From: an uncultured Anaerolineaceae bacterium
Lineage (GTDB): Bacteria; Chloroflexota; Anaerolineae; Anaerolineales; E44-bin32
Assembly (NCBI GenBank): GCA_964590515.1
Contig: CAZPZD010000001.1
Span: 39,853-103,852, forward strand
Direction: 5' to 3'
Length of the DNA stretch: 64,000 nt
Under the pieces are notes generated by a model. The model was not told where the DNA came from. It worked only from the letters and a program-made list of their open reading frames with translations, and searched no databases. Each line of letters begins with the position of its first letter. Position 1 is the stretch's first letter. The position numbers and the translations under genes were made by a program. This document shows positions 1-10,445 of the stretch, in pieces.

Positions 1-599
1 TGGCCTACCGCTTCTACTACGGGATGACATTCTGGGTGACCGGGGTAAGCCAGGATGTCAGCCTGCAGAAGTGGTATCGGATCTTCGATGACAAATACAC
101 CTACGTGTACTACGCGCCGGCCTACGCCTTTCGCCCCATCCCGGTGTCGGAGCTGATCCCGATCTCGTCGGAAATCCCTCCGAGCGAGAAGCTGATTGAA
201 GTGGACCTGGCCCATCAGTGGGTAAACTGCTACGAAGCCGGACAGCTGGTCTTCACGACCAAAGTGTCGACCGGTCGGAAATTTGGCCAGGACCTGTACC
301 TTACTCCGGCCGGCGCGTTCGAGACGTTTCGCAAACGACCCTCCCGTCACATGGCGGCCGGCAACCTGGCCAGCGGCTACGACCTGCCGGGGGTGCCATG
401 GGTCGCCTACATTGATGAAGAAGGGGTCTCATTCCACGGCACTTTCTGGCACAATGACTTTGGGGTGCCTCGAAGCCATGGGTGTATCAACATGAGCATC
501 GACGCCGCGAAGTGGCTGTATCGCTGGACCAATCCGGTGGTCCCCAAGCACGAACAGGAAGTCTGGAAGGGCCACGGAACCCCCGTTCTGGTTGCCTGA
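1..599 (+). CDS. L,D-transpeptidase (YkuD/ErfK catalytic domain), 5' end cut by window edge
   Basis: The frame is open from base 3, with no stop before the first in-window ATG at 24. The C-terminal HGTFWHNDFGVPRSHGCINM matches the YkuD His/Cys active-site signature. Confidence 0.8.
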   Translation, partial: AYRFYYGMTFWVTGVSQDVSLQKWYRIFDDKYTYVYYAPAYAFRPIPVSELIPISSEIPPSEKLIEVDLAHQWVNCYEAGQLVFTTKVSTGRKFGQDLYLTPAGAFETFRKRPSRHMAAGNLASGYDLPGVPWVAYIDEEGVSFHGTFWHNDFGVPRSHGCINMSIDAAKWLYRWTNPVVPKHEQEVWKGHGTPVLVA

Positions 600-610
600 A
601 CACTCAACTC

Positions 611-1033
611 ATGGCGAAACATGCCTTGTTTGCTGGCCTGGTCGCTGACGCTCTCGGCGAGCCGGTGGATGTCGCCTCCGTCGGGGGCGAGGCCTTCTAC
701 GTACTGGATGATGACGGGTTCAAGCGACACATCGAGAGCGAGGCTGTGGACCGGCAGGTCCTGGCCAAGTTTTCCGAGTTCATTCGGGGCAACGAAGAGC
801 TGGTTAGCGAGGGCACGATGAAGGCCATCGGGCAGGAAGATATCTTCACGAAGGCCATCATCGATAACTCGCTTAAGAACCTCGAGCAACAATTCGAGCG
901 GCTAATTGAGACCGGGCTCCCGGAGCAGGTTCGGGCCTGGATGGGGATGCTGGGGTTTCAGGTGCGGATTGACGCCCACGGTGAAGTGATCGAAGTCCGG
1001 CAGCCGATGGGTCCACAAAACGGCGACAACTGA
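611..1033 (+). CDS. hypothetical protein (140 aa), no domain recognised
   Basis: ATG 611 is in frame with track ORF 482..1033 and lies just after the upstream stop (597-599). Codon position 3 is strongly G/C-biased in this frame, unlike the antisense ORF 407..892. Confidence 0.55.
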   Translation: MAKHALFAGLVADALGEPVDVASVGGEAFYVLDDDGFKRHIESEAVDRQVLAKFSEFIRGNEELVSEGTMKAIGQEDIFTKAIIDNSLKNLEQQFERLIETGLPEQVRAWMGMLGFQVRIDAHGEVIEVRQPMGPQNGDN

Positions 1034-1036
1034 AGG

Positions 1037-1042
1037 TAGAAT
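1037..1042 (+). promoter_or_regulatory. -10-like hexamer TAGAAT upstream of the thioredoxin gene
   Basis: TAGAAT lies 21 nt upstream of ATG 1064. No convincing -35 was seen. Confidence 0.3.
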
Positions 1043-1063
1043 CAGAGCAGGTTAGAGATCGAA

Positions 1064-1900
1064 ATGACACTCTCTGAGTACATTCTTGACGTAAACGAAG
1101 CGACTTTCGAGACCCAGGTCGTTCTCAAATCGTTTGAGGTCCCGGTCGTCGTGGATTTTTGGGCACCCTGGTGCGGGCCTTGCAGGGTCTTGAGCCCGAT
1201 CCTGGAGCGGATCGCCATTGAGGCTGGGGGCGACTTCGTCCTGGCCAAGGTCGATGTTGACGAGAATCCGAACCTCTCGATTCGCTACGGAGTGCACGGG
1301 ATTCCGGCAGTGAAAGCGTTTCGAAACGGCGAACTGGCGGCTCAGTTCCATGGCGCTCAGCCGGAGCGGACCGTCCGCAAGTTCATCGAGCAGCTGACAC
1401 CGAGTGAGGCGGAGCAGGCCGTCGAGCAGGCCCTTAGCCTGCTCGCCACCCGTCACTACCCAGAAGCCGAGGCGGCCTATCGAGAAGTGTTCGAGCAAGA
1501 TGAAACGAACTCCGAGGCGGCCCTGGGACTGGTCGAGTCGTTGCTCATACAAGGGAAAGGGTCGGAAGCGCTCAGCATTCTGCAGAATTTCCCTCCAGGT
1601 ACCGCCTGGGTGAAGGCAGAGGGATACCTGCCACTCGCCTCCCTGCTAAACGAAGTTGAAACGGCAGCGCCAAATCTCGATCTGTCGCCGCTCGACGCCA
1701 GCCTATATCAGGCGGGCCGGTTAATCGGGCGGGGGAATCTGCCAGCTGCGATGGACGGCTTACTGGACGTCCTCCGGCAGGAGAAATCCTATCGGGGGGG
1801 ATTACCCAAGCGAGTCCTGCTGGCGCTGTTCTCCCTGCTGGGTGACCCGGACCCACTGACCCGCAAGTACCGAGACGAACTGGCCTCCGTGCTGTTCTAG
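1064..1900 (+). CDS. thioredoxin domain fused to a C-terminal TPR-like domain (YbbN/CnoX-type architecture with intact CGPC)
   Basis: The N-terminal VVVDFWAPWCGPCR is a thioredoxin active site. The C-terminal ~170 aa is a helical repeat region typical of thioredoxin-TPR co-chaperones. Confidence 0.85.
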   Translation: MTLSEYILDVNEATFETQVVLKSFEVPVVVDFWAPWCGPCRVLSPILERIAIEAGGDFVLAKVDVDENPNLSIRYGVHGIPAVKAFRNGELAAQFHGAQPERTVRKFIEQLTPSEAEQAVEQALSLLATRHYPEAEAAYREVFEQDETNSEAALGLVESLLIQGKGSEALSILQNFPPGTAWVKAEGYLPLASLLNEVETAAPNLDLSPLDASLYQAGRLIGRGNLPAAMDGLLDVLRQEKSYRGGLPKRVLLALFSLLGDPDPLTRKYRDELASVLF

Positions 1901-1918
1901 TCGGGCCGGGGAAGCTAA

Positions 1919-1949
1919 GGGGCCGGGCAATTTGCCCGGCCCCTTTTTT
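1919..1949 (+). terminator. rho-independent terminator after the thioredoxin gene
   Basis: Perfect 10-bp GC-rich stem (ggggccgggc / gcccggcccc), a 5-nt loop, then TTTTTT at 1944-1949. Confidence 0.8.
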
Positions 1950-1975
1950 GTTGCGAATCAGCAAGCCAGCCTAGA

Positions 1976-2878
1976 CTATTTCAATACAAGGGTGCCCCAT
2001 GTTGTGGGATTGGTCAGGGTGCGGGTGGTTATTGTGGACACCATGGACTGCTGAACGGGAGCCCCACTCAGGTCATTGTCCGAAATGGAGAGTGCGAAAC
2101 CGAAGCGGTCGCCCGCATCGGGCGTCACCGCAAACACCGTCCACGGGATCATCGCCTCCAGGTTGTAACCCTCGGTAGTGGTCACCGCCTTCAGGCTCAC
2201 TCCCGACAACGACCCGGCCGAGCCAATGGGATACCACCGCCAGGCCTCACTCGCCAGCGAACCATAATTCCCCGGCGATAGTCCAATTTGGTAATCGTCG
2301 CTCGTCAGCGAATTCGAGAAGAAGTCGCCGGTCAGATCGCTGTCGAGTTGAAGCTCAACGATGTCGCCTTTGAAAATATTCCGTCCGCTGGACACCTGCA
2401 CCCGCTTGTCGTCCGTAACCTGCAGACCAAGATACAGTCCCTGCTCGGTCCAACCAATGTGGAATCTGGCTGAGGCATCCGCGGCGCCGGTCCAATTGCT
2501 CGCTCCGAACACGACATTCGCCAGCTCACGGCCCAGGTCGGTCCAGTCGGCGAGATCGCCATCGATAGTCGGTGGCGTCTCGAGAAAAGCGGCTTCGACC
2601 GGGGAACCGTTCGGACGGGTGTCGAGGGTGGCCGGGGAAGAGGTGCCGGTCGCCTCGGCGGTCGCGCCAGGAAGGACCTGGGTGGGAGTGGGGGTTGGCG
2701 TGTTGGCCGGCGGCAAGGTCCGAGTCGCGACCGGGGAAGTCGCCGACGGGGCGAAAGCCGCGGTCAGGGTAAGGTCGGGAGTCGGAAATGCGAACGGAGT
2801 GGGAGAGGTCGCGCCTGGCAGTGTGCATGACAGCAGCGTGCCGGCCAGGACGAGCAGAGGCAACAATCGTTGGGGCAT
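1976..2878 (-). CDS. secreted lipoprotein with CBM9/DOMON-like carbohydrate-binding domain
   Basis: Signal peptide plus lipobox (LLSC), then a Pro/Thr-rich linker. The pattern IDGDLADW...FHIGWTEQGLYLGLQVTDD...DIVELQLD...GYNLEAMIPW is typical of CBM family 9-like domains. Confidence 0.6.
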   Translation of the reverse strand: MPQRLLPLLVLAGTLLSCTLPGATSPTPFAFPTPDLTLTAAFAPSATSPVATRTLPPANTPTPTPTQVLPGATAEATGTSSPATLDTRPNGSPVEAAFLETPPTIDGDLADWTDLGRELANVVFGASNWTGAADASARFHIGWTEQGLYLGLQVTDDKRVQVSSGRNIFKGDIVELQLDSDLTGDFFSNSLTSDDYQIGLSPGNYGSLASEAWRWYPIGSAGSLSGVSLKAVTTTEGYNLEAMIPWTVFAVTPDAGDRFGFALSISDNDLSGAPVQQSMVSTITTRTLTNPTTWGTLVLK

Positions 2879-2934
2879 GCGGCGGGCGATTGTACACCCA
2901 TCGTGGATTTGGGGACATCAGCGCAGCCGCTGAG

Positions 2935-3018
2935 TGGGGCGGGTGGGACTCGAACCCACACGAGGTCACCCTCAGAGGATTTTAAGTCCTCGGCGTCTGC
3001 CAGTTCCGCCACCGCCCC
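2935..3018 (-). tRNA. tRNA-Leu (anticodon UAA), long variable arm, CCA not encoded
   Basis: The reverse complement folds as a cloverleaf. Acceptor is GGGGCGG/CCGCCCC, anticodon stem GAGGA/TCCTC with loop CTTAAAA, a long variable arm, and T-arm GTGGG-TTCGAGT-CCCAC. Confidence 0.9.
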
Positions 3019-3100
3019 ACCTGATTCTAGCTTAGGTCGCCACTCTCTGGTGAGTTGCTGAAGGTGTGACACCTGGGAAGCATGGCCCGCGCGACCAGGA

Positions 3101-3109
3101 TGCTATAAT
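3101..3109 (+). promoter_or_regulatory. extended -10 promoter element TGcTATAAT upstream of secA
   Basis: TGCTATAAT ends 13 nt before ATG 3123. No clear -35 was seen. Confidence 0.45.
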
Positions 3110-3122
3110 CCCGCCGATTTCG

Positions 3123-6100
3123 ATGTTAAAGGGTTTATCGAAGCTGCTGGGCGGCGATTCGCTGGCTCGAGACTTAGAGCGCTATGAGGCGCTGGCCCGC
3201 CGGATCAACTCGCTCGAGCCCACAATGCGCGCCTTGGCCGATCCGGAGCTGCGCGCCAAGACCGCCGAATTCAAGGACCGGCTAGCCTCCGGCACCTCTC
3301 TGGACGATCTGCTTCCGGAAGCATTTGCCGTCGTCCGAGAAGTTTCCGTTCGCACCATCGGATTGCGTCACTTCGATGTGCAGCTGATCGGCGGCGCGGC
3401 GCTGCATGAAGGGCGTATCGCCGAAATGAAAACCGGGGAAGGCAAGACCCTGGTCGCCACTCTCCCGCTGTACCTCAACGCGCTGACCGGTCGGGGGGTT
3501 CACTTGGTCACGGTCAACGACTACCTCGCCCGCCGGGATGCCCGCTGGATGGGACCCCTCTTCAGCTTCCTGGGGATGGAAGTGGGAGTGTTGCAAGAGG
3601 CGGCTCGGACCGAACATGGTCGAAAGGCTTTCACGTTCGACCCGAGCCGGATGACCGGCCAGGAGGACGTGTATCAGATGCAACTGGTAGACCGCCGGGT
3701 AGCCTACCAGGCCGACATAACCTACGGCACCAATAACGAGTTCGGCTTCGACTACTTGCGCGACAACATGGCCCCCACCCTGGAGTCCCGCTCCCAGCGC
3801 GGCCATCATTACGCGATCGTGGACGAAGTCGACAACATCCTGATCGACGAGGCCCGGACCCCGTTGATCATTTCCGGACCTGCAGAGGAAGACCCCGCCC
3901 TCTACCAGCAAATGACCGGGGTGGTGAGACAGCTGGAGGCCGAAGACTTCGAAATCAGCGAGCGGGATCGCGCCATCTCGCTCACCGAAATCGGCGAAGA
4001 CCATGTGGAACGTTTGCTGGGTCAGCCATTGCGGGATCCGGAGCGCCCGGAAGACATCACCCCCGAACAGGCCCGGCTGCTCGGGTACTTGGAGCAGAGC
4101 TTGCGGGCCAACTTCATCTTCAAGCGGAACAAGGACTACGTCGTCCAGGGCGGCCGGGTAATCATTGTGGATGAGTTCACCGGTCGAATGATGCCGGGCC
4201 GGCGATGGTCCGACGGACTGCATCAGGCGGTGGAGGCGAAGGAAGGCGTTCGCATCCGCGAGGAAAACGTCACCTACGCCACGATCACCCTGCAGAACTA
4301 CTTCCGGATGTATGACAAGTTGGCCGGCATGACCGGGACCGCACTCACCGAAGCCGAGGAATTCAACAAGATCTACAAGGTCGACGTGCTGCCGCTGCCG
4401 ACTAACCTGGAATACATCGCACAACAGCCGGACTCCGAGCTGGTCGAGCTTCAGGCCAAGGAGAACGGGGGCCGATTCGGTTACTTTGCGCGGCGAGCCG
4501 ACCCGGAGCAAGTGCCGGTCTTCTGGCGACGCAAAGACCTACCAGACCTGGTGTACCGGACCGAGGAAGCCAAGTTGCGTTCGGTCTGCCTGGAGATCCT
4601 GCGGCGGCATGTGCTTGGTCAGCCGATGCTGGTCGGGACCACCTCGGTCGAGCTGTCCGAGCGTTTGTCGGGGCGGCTGCGGGCCGAGCTGCTCCAGCGA
4701 CTGGCCATGATCCAGCTGCTGCGCGAGGCGTATATGGCGGCCCACGAGATCCCGGACGATGGCCGACGGGTGGAAGAGCTGCTGGAACTCTATGCCCCTC
4801 TCGATACCCTCGACACCGGGCGCCTGCGGCACTTCGCCCGCGAGCTCGGACTCGCCCTCAATCCGATCCGGCCCGAGAATCTGGAGCGACTGTCGTCGCT
4901 ACTTGAGTTGGGGCCGGAACATCAGGAGCGGCTCGCCAAATCACTTCAGGCCGGCATTCCTCACAATGTACTGAACGCCAAGAAGCATGCCGAAGAGTCA
5001 CAGATTATCGCCAGTGCCGGTGCATATGGGGCGGTCACCATCGCCACCAACATGGCCGGGCGCGGCGTCGACATCAAGCTTGGCGGTGAGATCGCCGAAG
5101 AAGTGCTGGCGGGGGTCGGTCGAGTGCTGCGGCGGATCGGGATCCAAGACCCGGAGACCCTGAACCTGCAAGAGCGGGAGGCCGCGCTCGAGCGGGCCGA
5201 TCCGAGCGCGATTGGAATCTACGAATCCGAAGTGGAGTTGTTCCGCCGCTTCATCGGTGAGGAGAAGCTGGTCCGAGAGGCCGGCGGGCTGCATGTGCTC
5301 GGATCGGAACGTCACGAAGCCCGGCGCATTGACAATCAGCTGCGAGGCCGATCGGCTCGCCAAGGCGATCCCGGATCGTCCCAGTTCTTCCTATCCCTGG
5401 AGGACGAGTTGATGCGACTATTCGGAGGGGCACAAGTCTCCGGCCTCATGCAAAGACTCGATATCGACGATGCCACCCCGATTTCGCACGGGATCGTCAA
5501 CAAGACGATCGAGCAATCTCAGACTCGAGTCGAAGGTGCAAACTTCGACCGTCGCAAGCACCTGCTGGAATACGACGATGTGCTAAACCAGCAGCGAGAG
5601 ATCTTCTATCACCAGCGCAACCAAGTTTTCATCAAAGAGGACCTGAGTGAGGATCTCCGGACCATGCTGCAGGCCGAAGTCAAGGCGCACGTGAGCGCGG
5701 CACTGGCGGATCCGGAGGGGCCATGGCGGCTGCTGGCGTGGTTGGAGGAGGTCCAGCCGACGCTGGGCATGGACCGCGAGCAGCCGTATCCCTCCTTCAT
5801 GCTGAAGCTGCTTGCCGGGCAGCTGGAATCGATTGATCAAGCCGACGAGCTTGGCCCGGCGCTGGCCAGGCTGGCCGAGGACTCGCTTAAGGCCCAAGCG
5901 GAGCACCTCAATCGCGCCGCCCAGAGTCAGCTGGAGCGAGCCCTCGCGAGCTTGGAAACCCAGGTCCGGGAGCGGACCGACTTGGCCGAGATGGCTATCG
6001 ATGGCGCATACCTGGAGGCCGAACAGACCGAGGCTCCGATCGACCCGGGCGCGATCTTGAGCGCAGTCGAGTCAACCGCCGGCTTACGGCTGGAGGCCAA

Positions 6101-6935
6101 CGGGAAGGTCCGACAACTGATCCGGGATGACCCGAACCGTTTCCGGGCCTCGGTCCCTGAATTGATTGAGGCCAGCCTGGGGTTGCGGGTCTGGGCCGGG
6201 CTGATCCAGACCTTGGAGAATCGAGTCGGCGAGAGTCTCAACCTACAGCTTCAAGAACCCATTGATTGGGACCGGGCCGAAGCCGAGCTGTTCTCGGCCT
6301 TAGCTCGAGTACAGGAGCGCCAGGCGACCCAGGCGGTGCTCGACATTTCTCGCGAGTTGGAACCCCTGCTGCAGAGCGGCAAGTCGATCGATGGCCCACT
6401 CAAGACCCGCGCCCTGCTCCAGCTCAGCTATGCCCGGCAGACCCTGTTCGACTCGCGGAGCCACCAGGCCAGGGAAGTCATCATCCCGCGGCTCTCCTAT
6501 GCCTATCACGCCGCGAGCGTGCTGAAGGGTCGCAATCCGGTGGAACTGAGTGAAGCGATCGTGGCCCACCTGGATGGGGCCCGCGAGTACTTGCAGCAGG
6601 CGATCGGCAGCAGCACCCTCGCTCAGATCCATCGACAACTGTTCCTGGGCGTCGGCGACCGCTTGTGGGTCGATTACCTGACCCAGATGGAGGCCTTGCG
6701 GACCTCGATCGGACTCGAAGCCTATGGCCAGCGGGATCCGCTGGTCCAGTACAAGAGCCGGGCGGTCGATCTATTCCGAGCGCTGCTCGAAAATATCCGG
6801 GGCGGAATTGTTGGCCGCCTTTTCAGGATCCAGTTTGGGACACCCCAGCCGGCGGTCGCGGCCCGACCCGCAGTGGGCCAACCGGCTCCGAGCCTGGGCA
6901 CCAAGTCTCGGCGCCGCAGGCGTCGGGGTCGCTAA
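3123..6935 (+). CDS. secA: preprotein translocase ATPase SecA, unusually long (1270 aa)
   Basis: Motifs seen: [11 protein letters not shown]-terminus, Walker [55 protein letters not shown] and LWVDYL...RDPLVQYK. I chose ATG 3123 over the track start 3066 because of the canonical N-terminus and the -10 box at 3104. Confidence 0.95.
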   Translation: MLKGLSKLLGGDSLARDLERYEALARRINSLEPTMRALADPELRAKTAEFKDRLASGTSLDDLLPEAFAVVREVSVRTIGLRHFDVQLIGGAALHEGRIAEMKTGEGKTLVATLPLYLNALTGRGVHLVTVNDYLARRDARWMGPLFSFLGMEVGVLQEAARTEHGRKAFTFDPSRMTGQEDVYQMQLVDRRVAYQADITYGTNNEFGFDYLRDNMAPTLESRSQRGHHYAIVDEVDNILIDEARTPLIISGPAEEDPALYQQMTGVVRQLEAEDFEISERDRAISLTEIGEDHVERLLGQPLRDPERPEDITPEQARLLGYLEQSLRANFIFKRNKDYVVQGGRVIIVDEFTGRMMPGRRWSDGLHQAVEAKEGVRIREENVTYATITLQNYFRMYDKLAGMTGTALTEAEEFNKIYKVDVLPLPTNLEYIAQQPDSELVELQAKENGGRFGYFARRADPEQVPVFWRRKDLPDLVYRTEEAKLRSVCLEILRRHVLGQPMLVGTTSVELSERLSGRLRAELLQRLAMIQLLREAYMAAHEIPDDGRRVEELLELYAPLDTLDTGRLRHFARELGLALNPIRPENLERLSSLLELGPEHQERLAKSLQAGIPHNVLNAKKHAEESQIIASAGAYGAVTIATNMAGRGVDIKLGGEIAEEVLAGVGRVLRRIGIQDPETLNLQEREAALERADPSAIGIYESEVELFRRFIGEEKLVREAGGLHVLGSERHEARRIDNQLRGRSARQGDPGSSQFFLSLEDELMRLFGGAQVSGLMQRLDIDDATPISHGIVNKTIEQSQTRVEGANFDRRKHLLEYDDVLNQQREIFYHQRNQVFIKEDLSEDLRTMLQAEVKAHVSAALADPEGPWRLLAWLEEVQPTLGMDREQPYPSFMLKLLAGQLESIDQADELGPALARLAEDSLKAQAEHLNRAAQSQLERALASLETQVRERTDLAEMAIDGAYLEAEQTEAPIDPGAILSAVESTAGLRLEANGKVRQLIRDDPNRFRASVPELIEASLGLRVWAGLIQTLENRVGESLNLQLQEPIDWDRAEAELFSALARVQERQATQAVLDISRELEPLLQSGKSIDGPLKTRALLQLSYARQTLFDSRSHQAREVIIPRLSYAYHAASVLKGRNPVELSEAIVAHLDGAREYLQQAIGSSTLAQIHRQLFLGVGDRLWVDYLTQMEALRTSIGLEAYGQRDPLVQYKSRAVDLFRALLENIRGGIVGRLFRIQFGTPQPAVAARPAVGQPAPSLGTKSRRRRRRGR

Positions 6936-6943
6936 GGCCGCTC

Positions 6944-8014
6944 GTGTCCCCTCCCGGCTCACAGTTCGAACTTCAGCAAGAGCTCGCGATCTTGCCCAAG
7001 GTAGACCTGCACCGGCATCTGGAGGGCTCGCTGCGGCTCAAGACCTTGCTCGAGGTCGCCCGGCAAGAGGATCTCGACCTGCCTAAAGAGGAAGCCGAGC
7101 TCAGGGAGCGGGTCCAAATCGCGGGAGAACAGCCCAAGACCCTTCCAAACTTCCTCTCCAAATTCCGCACCTTGCGCCAGATCTACCGGTCGCCTGAGAT
7201 CATCCGCCGGGTGACTCGGGAGGCAATCGAGGATGCGGTCGAAGACCAAATCCGCTACTTGGAACTGCGCTTCACGCCGGTGGCTCTCTCGCAGGCAAAG
7301 GATTTCCCACTAGCCGAGGTTGTGGATTGGGTAATTGAGTTTGCTACCGAGGCTGCCGAGCAGGTCGGGGTTCGAGTCGGCTTGATTGCCAGCGTCAACC
7401 GCCACGAACCCATTCGGCTGGCGGAGCAGGTGGTCGAGCTGGCCGTGGCTCGGAGTGGGGACGGGATCGTCGGTCTCGATCTGGCTGGAAACGAGGATGA
7501 GTATCCGGCCGAGCCATTCGTCTCCCTGTTTCGATCGGCCCGGTCTGCCGGCCTCGGAATTACCGTGCACGCCGGTGAGTGGGCGGGCGCCGGCTCCGTC
7601 CTCCACGCGGTAAACGAAATGCAGGCCTCGCGGATCGGCCACGGGGTCCGGGTGATGGAAGACCCTCAGGCGGTGCAAGTGGCGCGGGCCGCCCGGACAG
7701 TGTTCGAAGTTTGTCTGACCAGCAACCTGCATTCGGGCGCCGTTTCCGACATGGGGATCCACCCGCTGCCGCAGATGATCGATTCGGGTTTGCAGGTCAC
7801 CCTGAACACTGACGACCCCGGAATCTCCAACATTCGACTGAGCGACGAGTATTACACGGCGGTTGCAGAGCTCGGTCTCTCGATTGAGACCCTCAAAGGT
7901 CTGATCCTGGCCGCCGTCCAGGCGGCCTTTATTCCGGACCGCGGGAAACGCGAATTGGAGCGCGACCTGAAGAGGGCGCTCGGACTTGCCTCGGTCCCCG
8001 ATGCACCAGGGTGA
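6944..8014 (+). CDS. add: adenosine deaminase
   Basis: LPKVDLHRHLEGSL metal-binding signature, plus later HAGE and TLNTDDP motifs. GTG 6944 is the first start after the secA stop (6933-6935). The longer track ORF from 6665 would overlap secA. Confidence 0.85.
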   Translation: MSPPGSQFELQQELAILPKVDLHRHLEGSLRLKTLLEVARQEDLDLPKEEAELRERVQIAGEQPKTLPNFLSKFRTLRQIYRSPEIIRRVTREAIEDAVEDQIRYLELRFTPVALSQAKDFPLAEVVDWVIEFATEAAEQVGVRVGLIASVNRHEPIRLAEQVVELAVARSGDGIVGLDLAGNEDEYPAEPFVSLFRSARSAGLGITVHAGEWAGAGSVLHAVNEMQASRIGHGVRVMEDPQAVQVARAARTVFEVCLTSNLHSGAVSDMGIHPLPQMIDSGLQVTLNTDDPGISNIRLSDEYYTAVAELGLSIETLKGLILAAVQAAFIPDRGKRELERDLKRALGLASVPDAPG

Positions 8015-8900
8015 GCTGGAGTTCCACCTCGTAAGCGACGGGATCGTCTGGGTCGACCCCGGCGGTCCGTTCGGGCTGGTGCCCCGGGCCCTCTACCGCC
8101 GAATTGTTGAACCGAACCAAAGCCACCTGATTCCCCAGACTCTGACCTGCATGCTCGTCCGATCGGAAGGCAAGACGATCCTGATCGATACCGGCCTTGG
8201 GCCAAAGCTCGACCCGAAAGAGGCGAGGAACTGGGGACTCGTCCGGGTCGGCAGCGGGCTGGTCACCAGCCTGGAGGCTCTTGGGATCTCGCCCTCCGAT
8301 ATCGACCTGGTGGTCTGCACCCATCTGCATGCCGACCACTGCGGGGGCAACACCCGCCTCGAAGCGGGCGAGCTCGTGCCCACTTTTCCCAACGCGACCT
8401 ATCTCGTGCAACGCATGGAATGGGCGGACGCCAGCCACCCCGACCCGCGCACCCGAGGGACGTACTTCGCGGAGAACTTCGGTCCGCTGGTCTCGGAAGG
8501 GAGGATGCGGTTACTGCACGGTGATCAGCCGATTACGAGGCACGTCCGATGCGTGGTGACGCCCGGGCATACCCGAGGCCATCAGTCGGTGGTGCTGGAG
8601 TCGGGAGACTGGTCCGGTCTCTTTGTTTCCGATATGGCTACGTTTTCGGTTCACATGGCGAGGGCTGGCTGGCTGACTGCCTTCGATGTGGACCCACTCG
8701 AAAACATCAGGACCAAGCAACGCTGGCAGCGCTGGGCCTTGGAACGAGAGGCCTGGCTTTTCTTCATCCACGATCCGGTTAAGCCGGTCGCCCGGCTGCG
8801 CGAACAGGACGGGCGACTGGAAGCGCTTCTCGTTGAAGAAGCCCGGCCGGTTATTGACCCGCTTCCCACTCCGCAACCGATTCTCGAATCAGGCGGCTGA
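8001..8900 (+). CDS. MBL-fold metallo-hydrolase
   Basis: THLHADHCGG (HxHxDH) motif and a later PGHTRGH motif. The start is uncertain (TTG 7986 or ATG 8001). Confidence 0.75.
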   Translation: MHQGELEFHLVSDGIVWVDPGGPFGLVPRALYRRIVEPNQSHLIPQTLTCMLVRSEGKTILIDTGLGPKLDPKEARNWGLVRVGSGLVTSLEALGISPSDIDLVVCTHLHADHCGGNTRLEAGELVPTFPNATYLVQRMEWADASHPDPRTRGTYFAENFGPLVSEGRMRLLHGDQPITRHVRCVVTPGHTRGHQSVVLESGDWSGLFVSDMATFSVHMARAGWLTAFDVDPLENIRTKQRWQRWALEREAWLFFIHDPVKPVARLREQDGRLEALLVEEARPVIDPLPTPQPILESGG

Positions 8901-9543
8901 TCTCTTCGTCTGGCACCTCATCTAAGGCATAGGTCTTCAATCCGATCAACACCTTGACCCCGCCTGCCGCATCAGGGATCAGTTGTACGCCCTTGGCCTT
9001 GTTGCCCGCATCGGCGAGCACCCGCTGCAAGATAGAGTTGATTCCTTCCAACATGCTCCGGCTGCCCGGCCGGGCGGCGGTCCGCGGGGCGGACGGTACG
9101 GCTGGGGCACGCAGCCCCTCAACGAATCGACTTGCAAGATCGGCGGCCAGGGCAGTCAGCTCCATCCGGAGCTGCTCGTCTTCGATCTGAGAGATTGCTC
9201 GGTATTCCTTGCCGCCTGCCCGCAAGATCAGCCCTGCGCTGGTCGGGTCCCGGTAGATCTCGGCAACGAGCTTCCGTTCAGCGAAGCCGGCGGGTGCCGG
9301 CTGCTGCTCAGCGGGCACCCTGGTTCCCACCGGCCCTTCGTCCCGCTCAGTCGCCCCAAGGTCCGCGACCTCGGACTCGGCGTCCTCGGCCTCGGAGACC
9401 ACGGCGGACTCCTGCGGAACAGGCGCATCGGCCGACTGCTCTTCCCGCGCGGCCCGGCGATTCAGGACCAACGCGACCGCGATCAACCCGACTGCGAGGC
9501 CGACGATGATCAACAGAACCCCGATCAGTAGCTCCTGATCCAT
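8851..9543 (-). CDS. membrane-anchored hypothetical protein with acidic linker
   Basis: ATG 9543 (MDQELLIGVLLIIVGLAVGLIAVALVL) gives one N-terminal TM helix. It sits 2 nt after the mutM stop. No known domain was recognised. Confidence 0.5.
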   Translation of the reverse strand: MDQELLIGVLLIIVGLAVGLIAVALVLNRRAAREEQSADAPVPQESAVVSEAEDAESEVADLGATERDEGPVGTRVPAEQQPAPAGFAERKLVAEIYRDPTSAGLILRAGGKEYRAISQIEDEQLRMELTALAADLASRFVEGLRAPAVPSAPRTAARPGSRSMLEGINSILQRVLADAGNKAKGVQLIPDAAGGVKVLIGLKTYALDEVPDEEISRLIRESVAEWEAGQ

Positions 9544-9545
9544 GC

Positions 9546-10373
9546 TCAGTTCTTTCCCCAGGGCTGGCAGTTCGGGCAGGTAAAAGTGCTTCGCTGGCCA
9601 ATCACAGACCGGGCGATTGTCGTTCCGCAGACCGGGCATGGCTGCCCTGCCTGTCCGTAAACCCGAAAGTGGTTTTGAAAATTTCCACCGCGATACACCC
9701 AATCAATGCTCGCACCATTGTGGCGCAGCCCGTCCCGAAGTGCGCCGCGGATCCCCTTCCAGAGGGCCCGGACTTCGGAGGGCTGCAGGGTCTGACTACT
9801 GCGGAGCGGATGGAGCCTGGCCCGATGAAGAGCCTCGTCCACATAGATATTGCCCAGTCCGGCGATCGCCGCCTGATCCAGGAGCAGCGGCTTAAGGGCG
9901 CGTTTGTGCCGATTGAGAATCAGCTGGAGCTTCCTTGCTTGGAACTCGGCCGACAACGGTTCCGGGCCAAGCCGCTTGAGTACGGTTTCAGGGTCCGCCA
10001 CGAGGTAGACCCGACCGAACTTCCGGGGGTCGCGGAACCGCAACTGCCGACCCGAGGCGAGCCGAAAGATTGTGTGATCGTGGGCTGTCCGGCGAACTCC
10101 GGCCGGAGCGATGAAGAGGTCGCCGCTCATCATGAGGTGGACCAGGAGCGAATCGCGGTCCAGCGATAGGTGGATGAACTTGCCCCGGCGATCGATCTGC
10201 CGAACGCTCTGCCTTCGGATACGCCGCCGAAAGTTCGCCGGCGAGGGGTCGACGACATGGCGGGGCCAGCCTAATCGAACCCCGATGATTTGCTCGCCGA
10301 TCAGCGACGGAGCATCCGCCGTGCCGTTACGCAACGATCGGCAGATGGTCTCGACCTCCGGAAGTTCAGGCAT
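9546..10373 (-). CDS. mutM: formamidopyrimidine-DNA glycosylase
   Basis: The N-terminal MPELPEVE catalytic motif, and a C-terminal CPVCG...CPNCQ zinc finger. Confidence 0.92.
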   Translation of the reverse strand: MPELPEVETICRSLRNGTADAPSLIGEQIIGVRLGWPRHVVDPSPANFRRRIRRQSVRQIDRRGKFIHLSLDRDSLLVHLMMSGDLFIAPAGVRRTAHDHTIFRLASGRQLRFRDPRKFGRVYLVADPETVLKRLGPEPLSAEFQARKLQLILNRHKRALKPLLLDQAAIAGLGNIYVDEALHRARLHPLRSSQTLQPSEVRALWKGIRGALRDGLRHNGASIDWVYRGGNFQNHFRVYGQAGQPCPVCGTTIARSVIGQRSTFTCPNCQPWGKN

Positions 10374-10445
10374 CGGTGCGGATTATACAGCGGGGTCGGC
10401 GGAGCCTCGCCGCGCCAGTATCCTCCGCCGCCCGGAGCCACCTAA

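Noticed and set aside
3017-3027. An 11-mer, ccacctgattc, occurs next to the tRNA-Leu(UAA) gene and again at 55581..55591 at the 3' end of the second tRNA-CAU. I considered it as possible att-site remnants.
   Set aside because: It is too short to be significant in 64 kb. Part of it is simply the tRNA acceptor end, and no mobile genes are associated with it.
3282-4511. 409-aa minus-strand ORF inside secA. Similar long antisense ORFs occur at 23416..24558, 29977..30990, 31995..32849, 41294..42466, 22545..23450, 44107..44826, 51325..52050, 59246..59938 and 62652..63272.
   Set aside because: All are antisense to genes with strong motif support. They have atypical Arg/Pro/Gly-heavy composition, lack start-site context and match no family I recognise. 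I treat them as GC-driven shadow ORFs.
6665-6943. N-terminal 93-codon extension of the adenosine deaminase ORF.
   Set aside because: It would overlap the conserved 3' end of secA by about 270 nt in another frame, and its sequence is Pro/Gly/Arg-rich. A GTG at 6944, just after the secA stop, gives a normal-length Add.
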